DNA from: Plasmodiophora brassicae | Taxonomy: Eukaryota | DNA length: 64,000 nt | Assembly: GCA_036867785.1 (NCBI GenBank) | Contig: CP145419.1 | Location: forward strand, 744,001-808,000 | Direction: 5' to 3' | Shown here: piece after piece, positions 45,496 to 57,537 of the stretch | Numbering within the stretch: the stretch's first letter is position 1 | Layout: each line of letters opens with the position of its first letter | Notes under the pieces: generated by a model | Database searches by the model: none | Seen by the model: the letters and a program-made list of their open reading frames with translations, nothing else | What the model was told of the DNA's origin: nothing | Made by a program: the position numbers and the translations under genes

Positions 45496-45501
45496 GCATT
45501 C

Positions 45502-48048
45502 ATGGCAGGAGGCGATGGGTCGATTCCGTCATGGGCGGACGACGTCCCATCGTCCGCGAATCCGGATGTTGCGGGTGTGTCGGATTTTGCTCTCGGTTCC
45601 CTGTCGCAGCTGCACTTCGCGCGGGGTGTTCTGCCACTGGCGAATCATCTCCCTGCACGACCGCTCACCCCGCCTTCGCTCACTAGTACCGCTGCCGATT
45701 GGCCCGACGACTCTCTGTCCTCTTCGGACCCTCACTCCCCGCCTGCCTTATCGTCCCTACACGTTTCTGCCGCCTCGACGTCTCTGCAGGACCCCGGCGG
45801 CGCGCCTCGGCATGACCCTGTCTCCTCGACGTCGCAGCATATTGGCGCTTCGTCCGTTGGGGCTCGGGTGCCGGCGCCACGGGTGTCTCCGGGCCCACCC
45901 TTAACGTCTATTGTTGTCCAGTCACAAGACATTCCGCGTTTTTCGGGAAGCGATGGTCTGTCGACGACGCGTTGGTTGACTGCGTTCTCTCGGATCACCC
46001 AGACGTCGTTAACGTCTACAAGTCCTCTATCCGGCGATGTGCAATGTGTCTTAACGACAGCCTTGCAAGGTCAGGCGCTTGAGAGTTACCTCGACTTGCC
46101 TGCGGACGCGTCTATGGCGGACGTAGCGTCCGTCCTGCTCCATGACTTCCCGGGACCTTCGTTCAAGCAGGTTGAAGCGAAGTTTGACAACCTGAAGCAG
46201 ACTGCAGGTGTCGCTCACCACGCACTGGCATTCCAACGCTTGTACAAGCACCTTCAACGACTTGACCCATTGTACAGACTCAATCCGGCCCGCTTGGCGG
46301 AAAAGTTCCGCCTCTCGTTGAACCCTGCGCTCTCAGAAGCGCTGTTCTTCTACAACTTCAGAGACTACGACAAAGTTCTCGAGATGGCGGTTCATCTTGA
46401 GTCGAAATACCCAATCGCCGCCATCAACGCTGGCGGTGATGCAAGGGCACAACCCCTGGCTTGCCACTATTGTCGCGAAGTTGGGCATTTTATTGCGTCC
46501 TGCCCGAAGAGGCCACCGTGCCCGCACTGTCATAAGGTTGGCCACCGCCCATCGCTGTGTCCCGAGCGGTCCGGCAACCCTCTCCACGTCACTGATCTGT
46601 TCCTTATGACGTCTCCCTCAATACCGCATCTATTGGTATCGGTACGCCTCGTTATCGGCTCACGCCGTGTCAACACTATCGCCCTGTTAGACTGTGGTGC
46701 GACTTCCAACTTCATCGACTGGTCGTTCTGTCGTCACCATGAAATACCGGTTCGCTCTAAATCGCGTGCCATTCCTGTTCGCGTCATCGACGGGCGACAC
46801 CTGTCTCCAGTAACTCAGGAAACCGTCCCGCTACGTGCTACCGTCGACGGATGTTTCGACAGCGATGTCGTCCTGAACATGATCCACTCGCCTCAACACC
46901 CTGTCATTCTTGGGCTGCCTTGGTTGGCGGATACAAACCCAGATATCGATTGGCGTCAGCGCCGCCTACAGCGCCGCGGAGATACCCTCGTGGGGATGTC
47001 ACGCCGTACAGGAGACGTCCATGAGTCTGGGTCCTTCGTCTCTTCGGCGGGACCATTTGCTAAGCGCGGGGATAGTCTCTCGGCTGGGGTCTCACCTCCT
47101 GCACGAAGCGTTCCTGCGCCTGCGTGTGCCATCCCTTCACCTGAATCACTTGAAACGCTGCCGCTTACATCCGTGTTTGTCGACGGCAAGCTGGCTTCCG
47201 TAGCTAACGACGACCACCCGGAGTGCCACATTGCCATTGCTGCGATCGACGACAGGCCGAGCCCTTCCGCTTTCGATTATGGTAGCATCCCGGGGGTCGC
47301 CGCCTTCAATGATACTGTTGCCCCCAGCCGCACCGATCTCTTATCATTGCCCCGTTCAGGCTCCGAGTCCACGCCCCTTATGTCCTCCTTCCGGAACTGG
47401 GGCCCCGTTCGACGAGGGGTGAGACGGCCTCTCCCGCCGCCCCCGCCGCCTCCCTCCAATGATGGCTTCCGAGACGGCCACAGCCTCAATCTTCTGATGT
47501 TCGCAACCTTTGTCGCCCTGACCTGGATCCTAGTTGGGTGGCCGTATTTTCCAATAGCACAGCTGTGTACGAGCGCCTCTGCGGAGCCCCCGCCCTTGAA
47601 TGCGCCCGCCGAGTCCTTCTTTGAACCTTTTGCTACGCTAGAGGATGACCAGGTCTCATCAACCTTGATCGCGTTTCTCAACCCCGATCTCATGTTCCTG
47701 GACGCCGCCGCACGTGCGTTTGCCCACAAGCTACATCGACGACAGATTCGTTCACTCCAATTCCTTAGCGAAGTTGATTTCGTTCATTGGACACCTGACG
47801 CCCTGACTCGTCGACTGGAGTACAGACTGTCGCCTAATGATGAAGCAGTTCTTGCTAGGCCTCACCAAATGCTTCCAACCAGACAAGCCCGCAGCCCGTT
47901 CCCGGTGCGGCTAAAAGGGGACTATTATGTCACGACTGAGTCGTGTTGGCGACTCAGCCGGCACCAAATTGGGCTCCTTCGTAGCGCACTGGGTACAATA
48001 AACGTCCACGGCGCGGACCGACCTCAGTCGGTCAATCCGTGTGGTTGA
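45502..48048 (+). CDS. Element C Gag-protease protein with a TM segment and an RNase H tail remnant
   Basis: IPRFSG capsid start; knuckles CHYCREVGHFIASC and CPHCHKVGHRPSLC; ALLDCGA...ILGLPWL; no RT or integrase; frame runs into the 3' LTR. Confidence 0.85.
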   Translation: MAGGDGSIPSWADDVPSSANPDVAGVSDFALGSLSQLHFARGVLPLANHLPARPLTPPSLTSTAADWPDDSLSSSDPHSPPALSSLHVSAASTSLQDPGGAPRHDPVSSTSQHIGASSVGARVPAPRVSPGPPLTSIVVQSQDIPRFSGSDGLSTTRWLTAFSRITQTSLTSTSPLSGDVQCVLTTALQGQALESYLDLPADASMADVASVLLHDFPGPSFKQVEAKFDNLKQTAGVAHHALAFQRLYKHLQRLDPLYRLNPARLAEKFRLSLNPALSEALFFYNFRDYDKVLEMAVHLESKYPIAAINAGGDARAQPLACHYCREVGHFIASCPKRPPCPHCHKVGHRPSLCPERSGNPLHVTDLFLMTSPSIPHLLVSVRLVIGSRRVNTIALLDCGATSNFIDWSFCRHHEIPVRSKSRAIPVRVIDGRHLSPVTQETVPLRATVDGCFDSDVVLNMIHSPQHPVILGLPWLADTNPDIDWRQRRLQRRGDTLVGMSRRTGDVHESGSFVSSAGPFAKRGDSLSAGVSPPARSVPAPACAIPSPESLETLPLTSVFVDGKLASVANDDHPECHIAIAAIDDRPSPSAFDYGSIPGVAAFNDTVAPSRTDLLSLPRSGSESTPLMSSFRNWGPVRRGVRRPLPPPPPPPSNDGFRDGHSLNLLMFATFVALTWILVGWPYFPIAQLCTSASAEPPPLNAPAESFFEPFATLEDDQVSSTLIAFLNPDLMFLDAAARAFAHKLHRRQIRSLQFLSEVDFVHWTPDALTRRLEYRLSPNDEAVLARPHQMLPTRQARSPFPVRLKGDYYVTTESCWRLSRHQIGLLRSALGTINVHGADRPQSVNPCG

Positions 48049-48075
48049 CTCATCGTGTTCGGTCGTCACAGGTCT

Positions 48076-51000
48076 GCTCAGGGCGATCTGCAAGTGGGAA
48101 CTCGGCACGGACGCCGAGGGGGTGACGGAGAGCGACCTGATGGACTGGATGAAGAGGCATCTGGAGCAGGATCGCTCGACGGACGCGAACATCGACCGGG
48201 AGATGCGGAAGCTGGCGATGAAGCTGACCATCACCACACCAGCGGCAAGGGTCGTGAACCTCGTGCAGCAGTACGAGGAATTGGTCGCGCGCAACGGGTG
48301 GCAGGACCTCTTCACGTCCCGCGAGGGACGGAAGAACCTGGTCAAGTACCTACTGGGTGCTGTGCGCCCATCCGGTTTACAAGCGCTCATGCGGACCCTC
48401 GTCATGAAGCGCCAGACCGATCTCCAGAAGGACCCTTTGGAATTCTATCGGGTGCTGAAGGAACGAGCTGCATCGTATGAGGAGACGATGTTGTACATGG
48501 AGCCGGGACGTGAGGATGGCAAGGGGAAGGGAAAGGTCAAACCCACCCCGAGGAAGCGAGAGGCGCGGACGGATGAAGGAGGCGATGGAGGCCGGGACAC
48601 GAAACGACACCGGAAGGACCTGCGATGTTTCAACTGTGACGAGGTTGGACATCCAGCGTTTCGTTGCCCGAAGAAGCCTACCAAGAAGCAGGTCGCAGAC
48701 CTGCTGAAGGATCGCCGCAAGGGGCCAACGGGAAGGGATGGACCCCGTAAGGCCAAATCTGATAAAGATGACGACTTGTCAGAGTACCCATGGCTTCCAG
48801 TGGTAGGAAGAGTGTCGGAGGGGGCGCAGAGGACAGGGGACCAAGTAGTCGTTCGTGTAAACGGACATGAGGAAGACTACGTTGGGGTTCTGGACAGTGG
48901 AGCGACATCGGTTGACGTTCTGATGCCATTGACCATAGCGCGCGAGCTAATGGAGCGGGACCCATTGTTAACAATGGAGAACCTCCAGAAGCCGGAAACG
49001 TTCTGTCTGGTAGACAGAGAAACGAAGCACACAGCCTACCATGTGATGATACTGGATCTGGGACTGACGACGACGGCAGGCGAACTGATCACTCGCCGGC
49101 GCCGATGCCTTGTATGGGACATTCCTGAAAAGGAAATAATCCTAGGGGAGAGGCTGTTGGACGACTTGGGTATCCACCCAAAGAAGGCCCTGGACGTACT
49201 CATTAAGAGCACGCCGAAGAAGGGGAATGACGTCATGGATGAAGTGCACAATATGGCAAACGAGATGCCACCTCTCTGGGAAGGGGAGGAAGAGGAAACA
49301 GAGGATGTGAGGATCGGAACCGATTCCACAGACTCCCTGGAAAGGGAGATAGACGGGATGGTCGAGCGCGCATTGAGGAATGGCCTACCGCAAGCGATGG
49401 GGAAATCGCTTCGGAAACTCGTCAGAAGATATAGGGACGTTTGGCGTATGAGCATTGGACCTGATGGTCCAGCCAGGGTTACACCATTTGTCACGGAGCT
49501 GAAACCGGATGCGGAACCTTACAGGTGCCGAGCCAGAAAGTACAGTATGGAGGACAGTGCTTTCATGGAGGAATTCGTCGCCCAATTGAAGAAGTATGGC
49601 CTAGTCGTTGAAAACTACAACGCGAAGTGGGCTTCACCGGTGGTGGTGGTGACGAAGCCAGGGGGCGGAAAGCGGTTCTGTGTTGATCTCAGAGCTGTTA
49701 ATGCCAAATGTGTCGCCGTGGCGTGGCCTATGCCACATCAGGAGGCGATACTGAGGAACCTGGCAGGCTCGAGGTTCTGGTTTAAGCTAGACGCGTTCAA
49801 AGGCTTCTGGATGATGCCGCTGGATGAAGCGTGTCAGGAGATCTTCTCCTTCATGACAGATAAGGGGGTGTATAAGCCAACGAGGTCGATGCAGGGGGGA
49901 ATGAACTCCGCCCCTCAGTATCAAGGGAGGATGTTTGAGGTGTTCGGGGAACTTATGTTCCACAAACTAATCATATGGATCGATGATCTAATGGGGCATG
50001 CCCAAAGGGAGGATGATTGGTTCCGAACGTTGGAACGGACTCTGATGCTAGCCGAACGGCACAGCATCAAGTTCAACGTGGAGAAGTGTGAGCTCTTCAC
50101 AACAGAGGTTCGGTTCTGTGGAAGGATATTCACGCCAGAAGGGGTAAGGCACGATCCTGCTAGGATTGAGGCTTTAATGGCGATACCACAGCCGAGGACG
50201 GCAAGGGACTTGCAACAATTCCTTATGGCAACTCAGTGGATGAGTAGGTCCATCCCTGAGTACAACAGGAAGGTACACCTGTTACAGAGGATATACGAGG
50301 ATGCAATGAAGGACCAACCTGGCAGGACGAAAGCCATTGCCAGGAGGGTGCGATTGTGCAAATATGGATGGTCACCCGAACATGCGCTGGCATTCGAGAA
50401 ACTGAAGATGGCAGTGGCGGACACGGTCCAACTAGCGTACCCGCGAAAGGACCGGATCCAATGCCTATTCTCAGATGCAAATGAGGTTAACAGCGCGGCG
50501 GTAGTCACACAGATTCCGCCTGAGGACTTGGGTAAACCAGTGCATGGGCAGCGACATGAACCGCTGGGTTTCGTCGGACACAAGTTCGCGGGCCCAGAGC
50601 GGAACTGGTCCACGGTGGAGAAGGAAGGGTTCGCGATCAAGGATGGGATTGACAAACTGGACTATCTCGTTACAACCAACGAGCAGTTTCGTTTGTTTAC
50701 CGATCATAGGAATCTCGTGAGGATATTCTCACCAACGGACGTGTCAAAGCCAACGGCGCAGAAACTGCAACGATGGGCACTGGACATACAGAGGGTCAAC
50801 TACGTCATTGAACACATTGCGGGGGAGGACAATGTGTGGTCGGATCTTATGACGCGGTGGGGTGCACCGGACGGTGGGCCTGATGACCAGCACCTAGAGG
50901 TACGCACGATCAGGAGGATAACGCTTCAAATTGAGGACGGATATCGGGTACGGCCGTTACAAAGGAAGGAATTCCAATGGCCGACCGTGGACGAAATCCG

Positions 51001-52201
51001 TAAGGCTCAGAGGAAATGGCTCAGAGGAACGAAACGACCGAAGAATGGTGATGATCTCTTCGTCACAGGGAAGGGACAGGTGATCATACCAGACGAATGC
51101 AACGAGCTGAAGCTGCAGCTATGCGCTATTGCTCATGCGGGCGGAAACAGTGGGCATCTAGGACTGAAGGCCTCGTTGAGGAAGTTGGGGGAGTTCTGCC
51201 ATTGGGCACACTGCGATGAGGACATGAGGACGTTCTGCAACGCGTGTTTGAACTGTCTACCGACAAGGGGCGGGGTTAGGATTCCCAGGCCATTGGGAAC
51301 AGCTGTTCATGGTGTTAGGCCGAATCAGGTGATTCACTTGGATTGGCTATACATGATGGCGGCTCAGAAGGGCGGAAGACATGATCTGCAATGGAACCTG
51401 ATAATCAGGGATGATCTGTCTGGCATGGTCAAGATTACTCCTGACCATACACCCAATGCGGAAACCACTGTAGAGGCACTGCTCGAATGGAGGGCTATCT
51501 TCGGAACGTTTGAGTTGATGGTGTCAGACATGGCGTCTTGCTTTCTGGCAAACGTTGTGAAGGAACTGGCGCGTCGATGTGGATTTGCTCATCACCCGAC
51601 TGTTGCCTATGGGCATTACAGTAATGGATCAATTGAGGTGATCAACAGGAACTACTTGCAACTAGTCAGAGCACTTCTGTCTGAATTGCAGTGGGACAAA
51701 TACGATTGGCCATGGTTGAACCACAACATTGAACACACGATCAATCACAGGTCGCAGGCGCGTACCAACGGGAATGCGCCAGTGACAGTGATGATGGGAC
51801 GTCAACCAGACAACCCGCTGAAGCAAGTGTTCAAGAGGCCAGGGGATGAGAAGTATGGGGAAGCTACACTCTCAAAGGAGCATATTCAGGAGCTAGTCAT
51901 GCAATTGCAGACGTCGCTGAATGAAATGCACAAGGGAGCAGTGCAGCAATCGAAGAAAATCCGAGCCGTACACAGGAAGAGGAGCGACGCGTACCGACGA
52001 GCAACTGCACCGAACTTTCAGATCGGTGACTATGTACTCATCGGATTGCCTGAACCGGGTAAGGTTCCGGGCAAGAAGCTCTTTATGAAGTGGCGGGGCC
52101 TAGATCAAATAACTGATAGCCACGAGAACTACACCTACGAGGTGAGGAATATGTTCAATGAGACGGACACTCGAACCGTTCACGGGGACCGCGTTCGCCT
52201 C
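48076..52201 (+). pseudogene. Family A copy 3 gag-pol, central part
   Basis: Near-identical to copies 1 and 2; bounded by the C and B insertions; chromodomain tail continues at 57543-57839. Confidence 0.92.
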
Positions 52202-55200
52202 TGTGCTAACGCCGCCGCTGCCCACTACGGGGGCGGTCGGTCGCAAGAGTCGGCGCCTGGTGATATAACGAACTGATGTATTTGGACAGGATCGTCACAG
52301 CAAGGGCCGCTGCGGGGTCGAGTACGGTCATGATCATGTGACCGGGTGGCAGCAGCATCTGAGCAGCATCATCTGAGTACTGGTACTCTGGATGAACACT
52401 CCCCGTGTTAGAAATCTGCTAACAGTCGTGAGCAGAGCGGGTCTCCTTCGGCTTGTCGTTCGAGGAAGGCCCTGACGATATCAGGAACATCGGCCGCCAT
52501 GACCGAGTAAGGTTCCCATGAATTGTCGGTGGCATCGAATCCGATCCAGTTGATCAGTAGTTCAGTGTCACCTGACGTAGAGTTGACTCGAATGTCCTCG
52601 ACTGCGTTGACTTGGTAAGCCACGCCGGTGAGCGCGATGTTGTGCTTCAGGGAAGAGGTGACATTCAAGTGCGCATCTGCATAGAACATTAAGCGCTGGG
52701 CGTGTACATCTGAGATACGATCAGTCAAGAGATCTCGAACTCGATACACCCAGTCGTTGATGGTGTCGATAATCTGGGCAGGTCCAGTCCAGTTGTACTC
52801 GGACTTGGAGTGCTTGCCATGGTTGGCCACGAGAACATAGTCGCCCGTCGTGAAGTTGATCTCGCGAACATTGCGTCGGCGACGCCGGGCGCGTTGCTTG
52901 AGATCACGTAGATGGGTGCGTGTACGTGCCACTGCTTTGTGCATGTCCTCGAGAGAATCGATAAGTTCCGTCGTCATTTCCTTGAGACGGTCAGGGGTCA
53001 ACGGTACGTCGATAACCGCGTCGATGCGTTTGTTGAAGATAATCGAGATAGGTGTCGAGGGTGGCAAACCCGTAAACATCGTGACAGGCGCGTAGCCCAC
53101 ACTTGATCGAACAGTGTGATTTACCGTCATGTTGATCAGCGGAAGGACATACGGCCAATCCTGGAATGGAAGATTTAGCTCGGAGAGGAGGGACTTCAGC
53201 AGAAAGAGAAGCCGCTTGTTGACAACCTCAACCGTGCCGTTCGCCCAAGGTGTGTAGGCAGTTGTGAAATGATGGTTGCAGTGTAACCGGCTATTAAGCT
53301 CGGCGATAACCGCGTTTTTGAAGTGTGTGCCGCGGTCAGAGACATGTTGGAAAACAATGCCGAAACGTTTGAACCAATCCAGAAGAGATTCGGCGACAAC
53401 GCTGTGATCCGCGAATTGACAAGGAATTAACTCGACGAATGCCGTGGCGTCGTCCTTCAGAACCAGAACATAACGAAGTTGATGAGAATCGCCTGGACGA
53501 GGTTTGGATAAGAACAGAAAGTCATAGTGGATGACCTTATTGGGCTTGTCCGCATGCATAGCCGTGCCAAAAGGTCGGGGAATCATCGAATCTTTGTTGC
53601 GTAGGCAGTGTAAGCATTTGTCCACAAATGCACGAACAAAGGAATCCAGATCAGGCCACCAGAAGAGTTGTGCGATGCTCGAAATAGTCGATGCAGCAGG
53701 TTGATGACCAGACAGTCCCATATGTGAAATCACTGCGATGCGTAGCTGCAGTGCATGTGATGGTACCCAGAGTTGATTGTCTGGAGTACGCCAGCCAGAT
53801 TCCGGGCTAAGGTGGAGAGACATGTCCCCTTCGAGTTGGAGAATATCGGAAACGGCAGATAGGTCGTGTTGGCGAATGTAGTCGGTCTGAGCGTTACTAA
53901 TCTCGTCGACAGACGGCCAGATAAACTCATCGGTCATCTTGTAATCGTCGAAGTCAAGATTAATTGCCATATGACGAATAGAACGGAACGATGGAGGGGA
54001 AAATGAGGAGAGTGGTTGCAGGGCGACGCCCCACCGCGTGGCGAGGTCGGCCCAAACGTTGTCCTCCCCAGCAATGTGCTCAATGTGAAAATCTAGGTCG
54101 ATAATCTGAAGTCGCCAGCGCTCCAAGCGATCGCCGGTCGTCCGACTAATTCGTGCAACCGAGGCTGGGTTCAGAATGAAAACCAAATTACGGTGGTCTG
54201 TGAAGATTCGAAGTGCCAGCTTTGACATAGAGATGAAGTGTCTGAGGCGATAGCAGCCTTCAATGATGGCGTAGGCCTCCTTCTCAATGGTCGCCCACTT
54301 CAATTGAGAACCACGGAATGTCCCCGAGATGAACGACAAAGGTTCGTGGTGTTGCTCACCGTACGGGAGATCAATATCTTCCGGAGGGATCTGCGACAGG
54401 AAAACAGACCAGAAACGGTCACTCGCATCCGGAAAGAGACACATGATCCATTCGTCCTTGGTGTGCGCCAGCGTCATGGCCTCCGATAGTCGATGCTTCA
54501 GAGAATTGAAACTGGTGAGATGGTCAGTGGTCCAGCCGATGTCGGCTAAACGAACTCGACGTAGGTGTGATTTCTTCAGACTGCTGACAGAACGAGAAGC
54601 GGACAGAAGTAGATCCTGTAGCGGATGAACATGTGCCGCGAATTGAGGGATAACAGAACGGACCCAATTGAGGCCCGAGAGGAACTGTTGGAGATCAGCA
54701 GCCGTGATAGGAGTTGATAGATCGTGCAAGGCGTTGAGATACGAGCGATCGAACGACACTCCATCAGCGGATATAACGCGACCGCACCATGTCACTGAAG
54801 TGAGATATAACTGGCAGCGATCAGGGTTGAGTTTAACTCCAAACTCGTCGAAAGCGTTGAGAAGAGATTCGAGTGTGTCCATGTAGGCTCCGAATCCAGA
54901 TACGTAGCCGAGGATATCGTCGATCCAGAGTAGGGCGCAGATATATAGAAGTTTCCCCAACACCTGTTGCATTCCCGCCTGGAACGCAAACACGCAATCA
55001 GCGATTCCCTGGATGATGCGCCTGGGTGTAAACGTGGCGATGTGCGTCATGAACGAGCAGGCCTCCTGCGAATCAGGGTGCAACGGAAATTGCCAATAGC
55101 CTTTAAAGGCATCGAACAGCATGAAGATGGTCGCGGAACGTAGGTAGGTCAGGATGATGTCGATGTGAGGCATCGGCCATGCAATGCGTTCGGTCTGTTT

Positions 55201-57537
55201 GTTGACGGCTTCATTGATGTCGACGGTCAGCCGATGGCCGCGAACCTCCGTGTCCTTCTTGTCGACGACCAGACACGGCGACGCGTACCTGCTGTGCGGA
55301 TTGCGGTACACAAAATCGTTTTCCGCCAAGGTTCCTACGTGATCATCCATGAATTTTTGATGTTCGAGGGTATACCTTCGTGTTCGGCAACGAACAGGAC
55401 GAGCATCTGCTTTGAAGTGTAGTTTCAGTGGACTTACTTTCGCAGGTGGATCACGGCCAAGCTTCGTTCGCCATATGTCTTTGTGTCGATTGACAGTTGT
55501 GCGTAGACGCGGGACTTGATCGTTAGGGAAACCGGAGTCAGTTGCACGTTGTATCATCCGGTCTATTGCCCTGTCCACGTCTGTATCGGAGTGTTCTCCG
55601 ATTTCGACATCATAGTCGTCACCCGGATCATTGGTGTCCAATTGGGGCTCATGATCGCGAGTTGTTCCACTTACCTCCGGGTGTCTTACCGCTCTCATCG
55701 TGATCCCTTGACCACCTGGGGCGTGACGTTCCGGGGTCGGATCCGCTTCGATGATGATAGGACCATTTGCCTCGATTAACATCTCCTTCAGTTGTGTAGC
55801 TGGATTGATACCCAACGCGTCCAGTTCCGGGGCTCCTAAAAGGACAATGTCATCAGATAGGTCTTCGCGACATACGTTGATTTCCCGCCCGCGTAGATGT
55901 GCAGGTTTGCCATGCGAAGGTGGGACAATGGTGATGTCCACGATCGCTGTGGCGACAATTGTTGTCGTAGCCCCGATCGTTGCAAGTTTCGCCTCCGTTG
56001 GATGGTCGAACACTTTGACTGGGACATGCTGGATGGCTTGAATCCGTAGCAGTTGCGATTGCGAAATGACGGTCTTCGTCGCACCACTATCGGCTTCGAA
56101 TGGAAGGTCGAGCGAGTTCTGGAAGCGAAGTCTCATAGGGGACGGTGTTGACGGCGACGGCGGGCCCATGCGCTTTGCCGTGTCTGCGTTGCCCTTACTC
56201 TCCTCCTTCTCTTTGCGCTCTTTCTGGAACTTTTCAATGGCAGCTTTGCGTTCTCCTTGAGTTGCCTTCGGGCACACTTGGACCCAGTGCTGCTCCTTGC
56301 AGATTAGGCAACCTGCCTTTGGAGGATCCTTACCTTCGAAACGTTTTCGGATGTGCTCGGGGATGTCCCTCGATTCGTCTTTCGTTTGCGATGTGGACGA
56401 TTGAGCTGTCTTCAGTCCGATCGGATTTGTCGGATGCTTGCCGCCATTCCTATTCGGAGCAACAACGTCCTTACCTTTCTTACCTGCAGGTGGGGACATG
56501 GTCTGCGCTGGAGACTTCTTCTTCTCAGCTTGCAGCCGGAAGTGTTTGTCCTGCTCTTTGGCAAGACGGTCGACGAGGTCGAAGAATTTGAGCTCGTCCT
56601 TCTCAGCGTCCCTGCACCCTCCGAACTCGATCGCGCGTTCGACTAGAACCGCAAGGTCAGTGGGACGGATACCTCCGCGTAATACCTTGATCTTGCGCTT
56701 GGTTCCTTTCGTTCCTTTGGCGTATGTGTCTTGTAGCCCATAGTCGTCGATTAGCTCATCGAACTTGGCGAAGAAAGACGTGACACGTTCCTCAATACTC
56801 TTGATTGACAGGTTCATGACCACTGTCTTCGTGAGAAGCGCCTTGATGTCTGTCGAACTCTCGACATCAGCCTCCCTGCGTTGGACTGACCTCAAGTAGC
56901 TCATGATGTCGCCATCCGTGATCGTGCTGGCGGGTTGACGTAGGCGATATTTCGACATCCCTCTGAGGACGTCCTCGGTAATGCATGACTTCACCGTTGG
57001 CGGATGAATATCCTCCTTGTAGATCAGTCGGCGCTCGTTAACGATCTCGACGTGTTTCCTATATTTCTTGAGGAAATCGTTAATTCCGTCCTTGGCCGTA
57101 AGGCTCAGGGTACGTAGGATGGGCGGTTTCAAAGGCATAAAGATCGGGCTCTTACCGTGCAGGTTTGTTGACTGAAGCCCTCGATCGATTTCGTCATCTG
57201 TCGACGATTCATGCTCCTTGGCCTCGGCGTCGGAGTTGGTCCTGGCGTCGTCCTCCATCTGTAGACGAACGGGCGCTCTGCGGCCACCTCCTGCCATTAA
57301 GTGAGTTCGTTTGCTTGGGGCTCTTTGCGCAAGAAGCTTCTGTGCTAACGCCGCCGCTGCCCACTACGGGGGCGGTCGGTCGCAAGAGTCGGCGCCTGGT
57401 GATATAACGAACTGATGTATTTGGACAGGATCGTCACAGCAAGGGCCGCTGCGGGGTCGAGTACGGTCATGATCATGTGACCGGGTGGCAGCAGCATCTG
57501 AGCAGCATCATCTGAGTACTGGTACTCTGGATGAACA
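52202..57537 (-). mobile_element. Family B copy 2, intact
   Basis: LTRs at 57341-57537 and 52202-52398; 5-bp TSD GCCTC. Confidence 0.97.
52408..57297 (-). CDS. Family B Gag-Pol polyprotein, 1629 aa
   Basis: Differs from 20853-25742 by only a few residues. Confidence 0.96.
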   Translation of the reverse strand: MAGGGRRAPVRLQMEDDARTNSDAEAKEHESSTDDEIDRGLQSTNLHGKSPIFMPLKPPILRTLSLTAKDGINDFLKKYRKHVEIVNERRLIYKEDIHPPTVKSCITEDVLRGMSKYRLRQPASTITDGDIMSYLRSVQRREADVESSTDIKALLTKTVVMNLSIKSIEERVTSFFAKFDELIDDYGLQDTYAKGTKGTKRKIKVLRGGIRPTDLAVLVERAIEFGGCRDAEKDELKFFDLVDRLAKEQDKHFRLQAEKKKSPAQTMSPPAGKKGKDVVAPNRNGGKHPTNPIGLKTAQSSTSQTKDESRDIPEHIRKRFEGKDPPKAGCLICKEQHWVQVCPKATQGERKAAIEKFQKERKEKEESKGNADTAKRMGPPSPSTPSPMRLRFQNSLDLPFEADSGATKTVISQSQLLRIQAIQHVPVKVFDHPTEAKLATIGATTTIVATAIVDITIVPPSHGKPAHLRGREINVCREDLSDDIVLLGAPELDALGINPATQLKEMLIEANGPIIIEADPTPERHAPGGQGITMRAVRHPEVSGTTRDHEPQLDTNDPGDDYDVEIGEHSDTDVDRAIDRMIQRATDSGFPNDQVPRLRTTVNRHKDIWRTKLGRDPPAKVSPLKLHFKADARPVRCRTRRYTLEHQKFMDDHVGTLAENDFVYRNPHSRYASPCLVVDKKDTEVRGHRLTVDINEAVNKQTERIAWPMPHIDIILTYLRSATIFMLFDAFKGYWQFPLHPDSQEACSFMTHIATFTPRRIIQGIADCVFAFQAGMQQVLGKLLYICALLWIDDILGYVSGFGAYMDTLESLLNAFDEFGVKLNPDRCQLYLTSVTWCGRVISADGVSFDRSYLNALHDLSTPITAADLQQFLSGLNWVRSVIPQFAAHVHPLQDLLLSASRSVSSLKKSHLRRVRLADIGWTTDHLTSFNSLKHRLSEAMTLAHTKDEWIMCLFPDASDRFWSVFLSQIPPEDIDLPYGEQHHEPLSFISGTFRGSQLKWATIEKEAYAIIEGCYRLRHFISMSKLALRIFTDHRNLVFILNPASVARISRTTGDRLERWRLQIIDLDFHIEHIAGEDNVWADLATRWGVALQPLSSFSPPSFRSIRHMAINLDFDDYKMTDEFIWPSVDEISNAQTDYIRQHDLSAVSDILQLEGDMSLHLSPESGWRTPDNQLWVPSHALQLRIAVISHMGLSGHQPAASTISSIAQLFWWPDLDSFVRAFVDKCLHCLRNKDSMIPRPFGTAMHADKPNKVIHYDFLFLSKPRPGDSHQLRYVLVLKDDATAFVELIPCQFADHSVVAESLLDWFKRFGIVFQHVSDRGTHFKNAVIAELNSRLHCNHHFTTAYTPWANGTVEVVNKRLLFLLKSLLSELNLPFQDWPYVLPLINMTVNHTVRSSVGYAPVTMFTGLPPSTPISIIFNKRIDAVIDVPLTPDRLKEMTTELIDSLEDMHKAVARTRTHLRDLKQRARRRRRNVREINFTTGDYVLVANHGKHSKSEYNWTGPAQIIDTINDWVYRVRDLLTDRISDVHAQRLMFYADAHLNVTSSLKHNIALTGVAYQVNAVEDIRVNSTSGDTELLINWIGFDATDNSWEPYSVMAADVPDIVRAFLERQAEGDPLCSRLLADF

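Larger units (their letters stand above)
45093..48070 (+). mobile_element. Non-autonomous LTR retroelement, family C (gag-protease only)
   Basis: Identical 143-bp LTRs at 45093-45235 and 47928-48070; 5-bp TSD GGTCT; PPT AAAAGGGGA. Confidence 0.95.

Noticed and set aside
45204-45904. ORFs with RIVSYCAVSY or YDTIRH repeats
   Set aside because: They are translations of the minisatellite.
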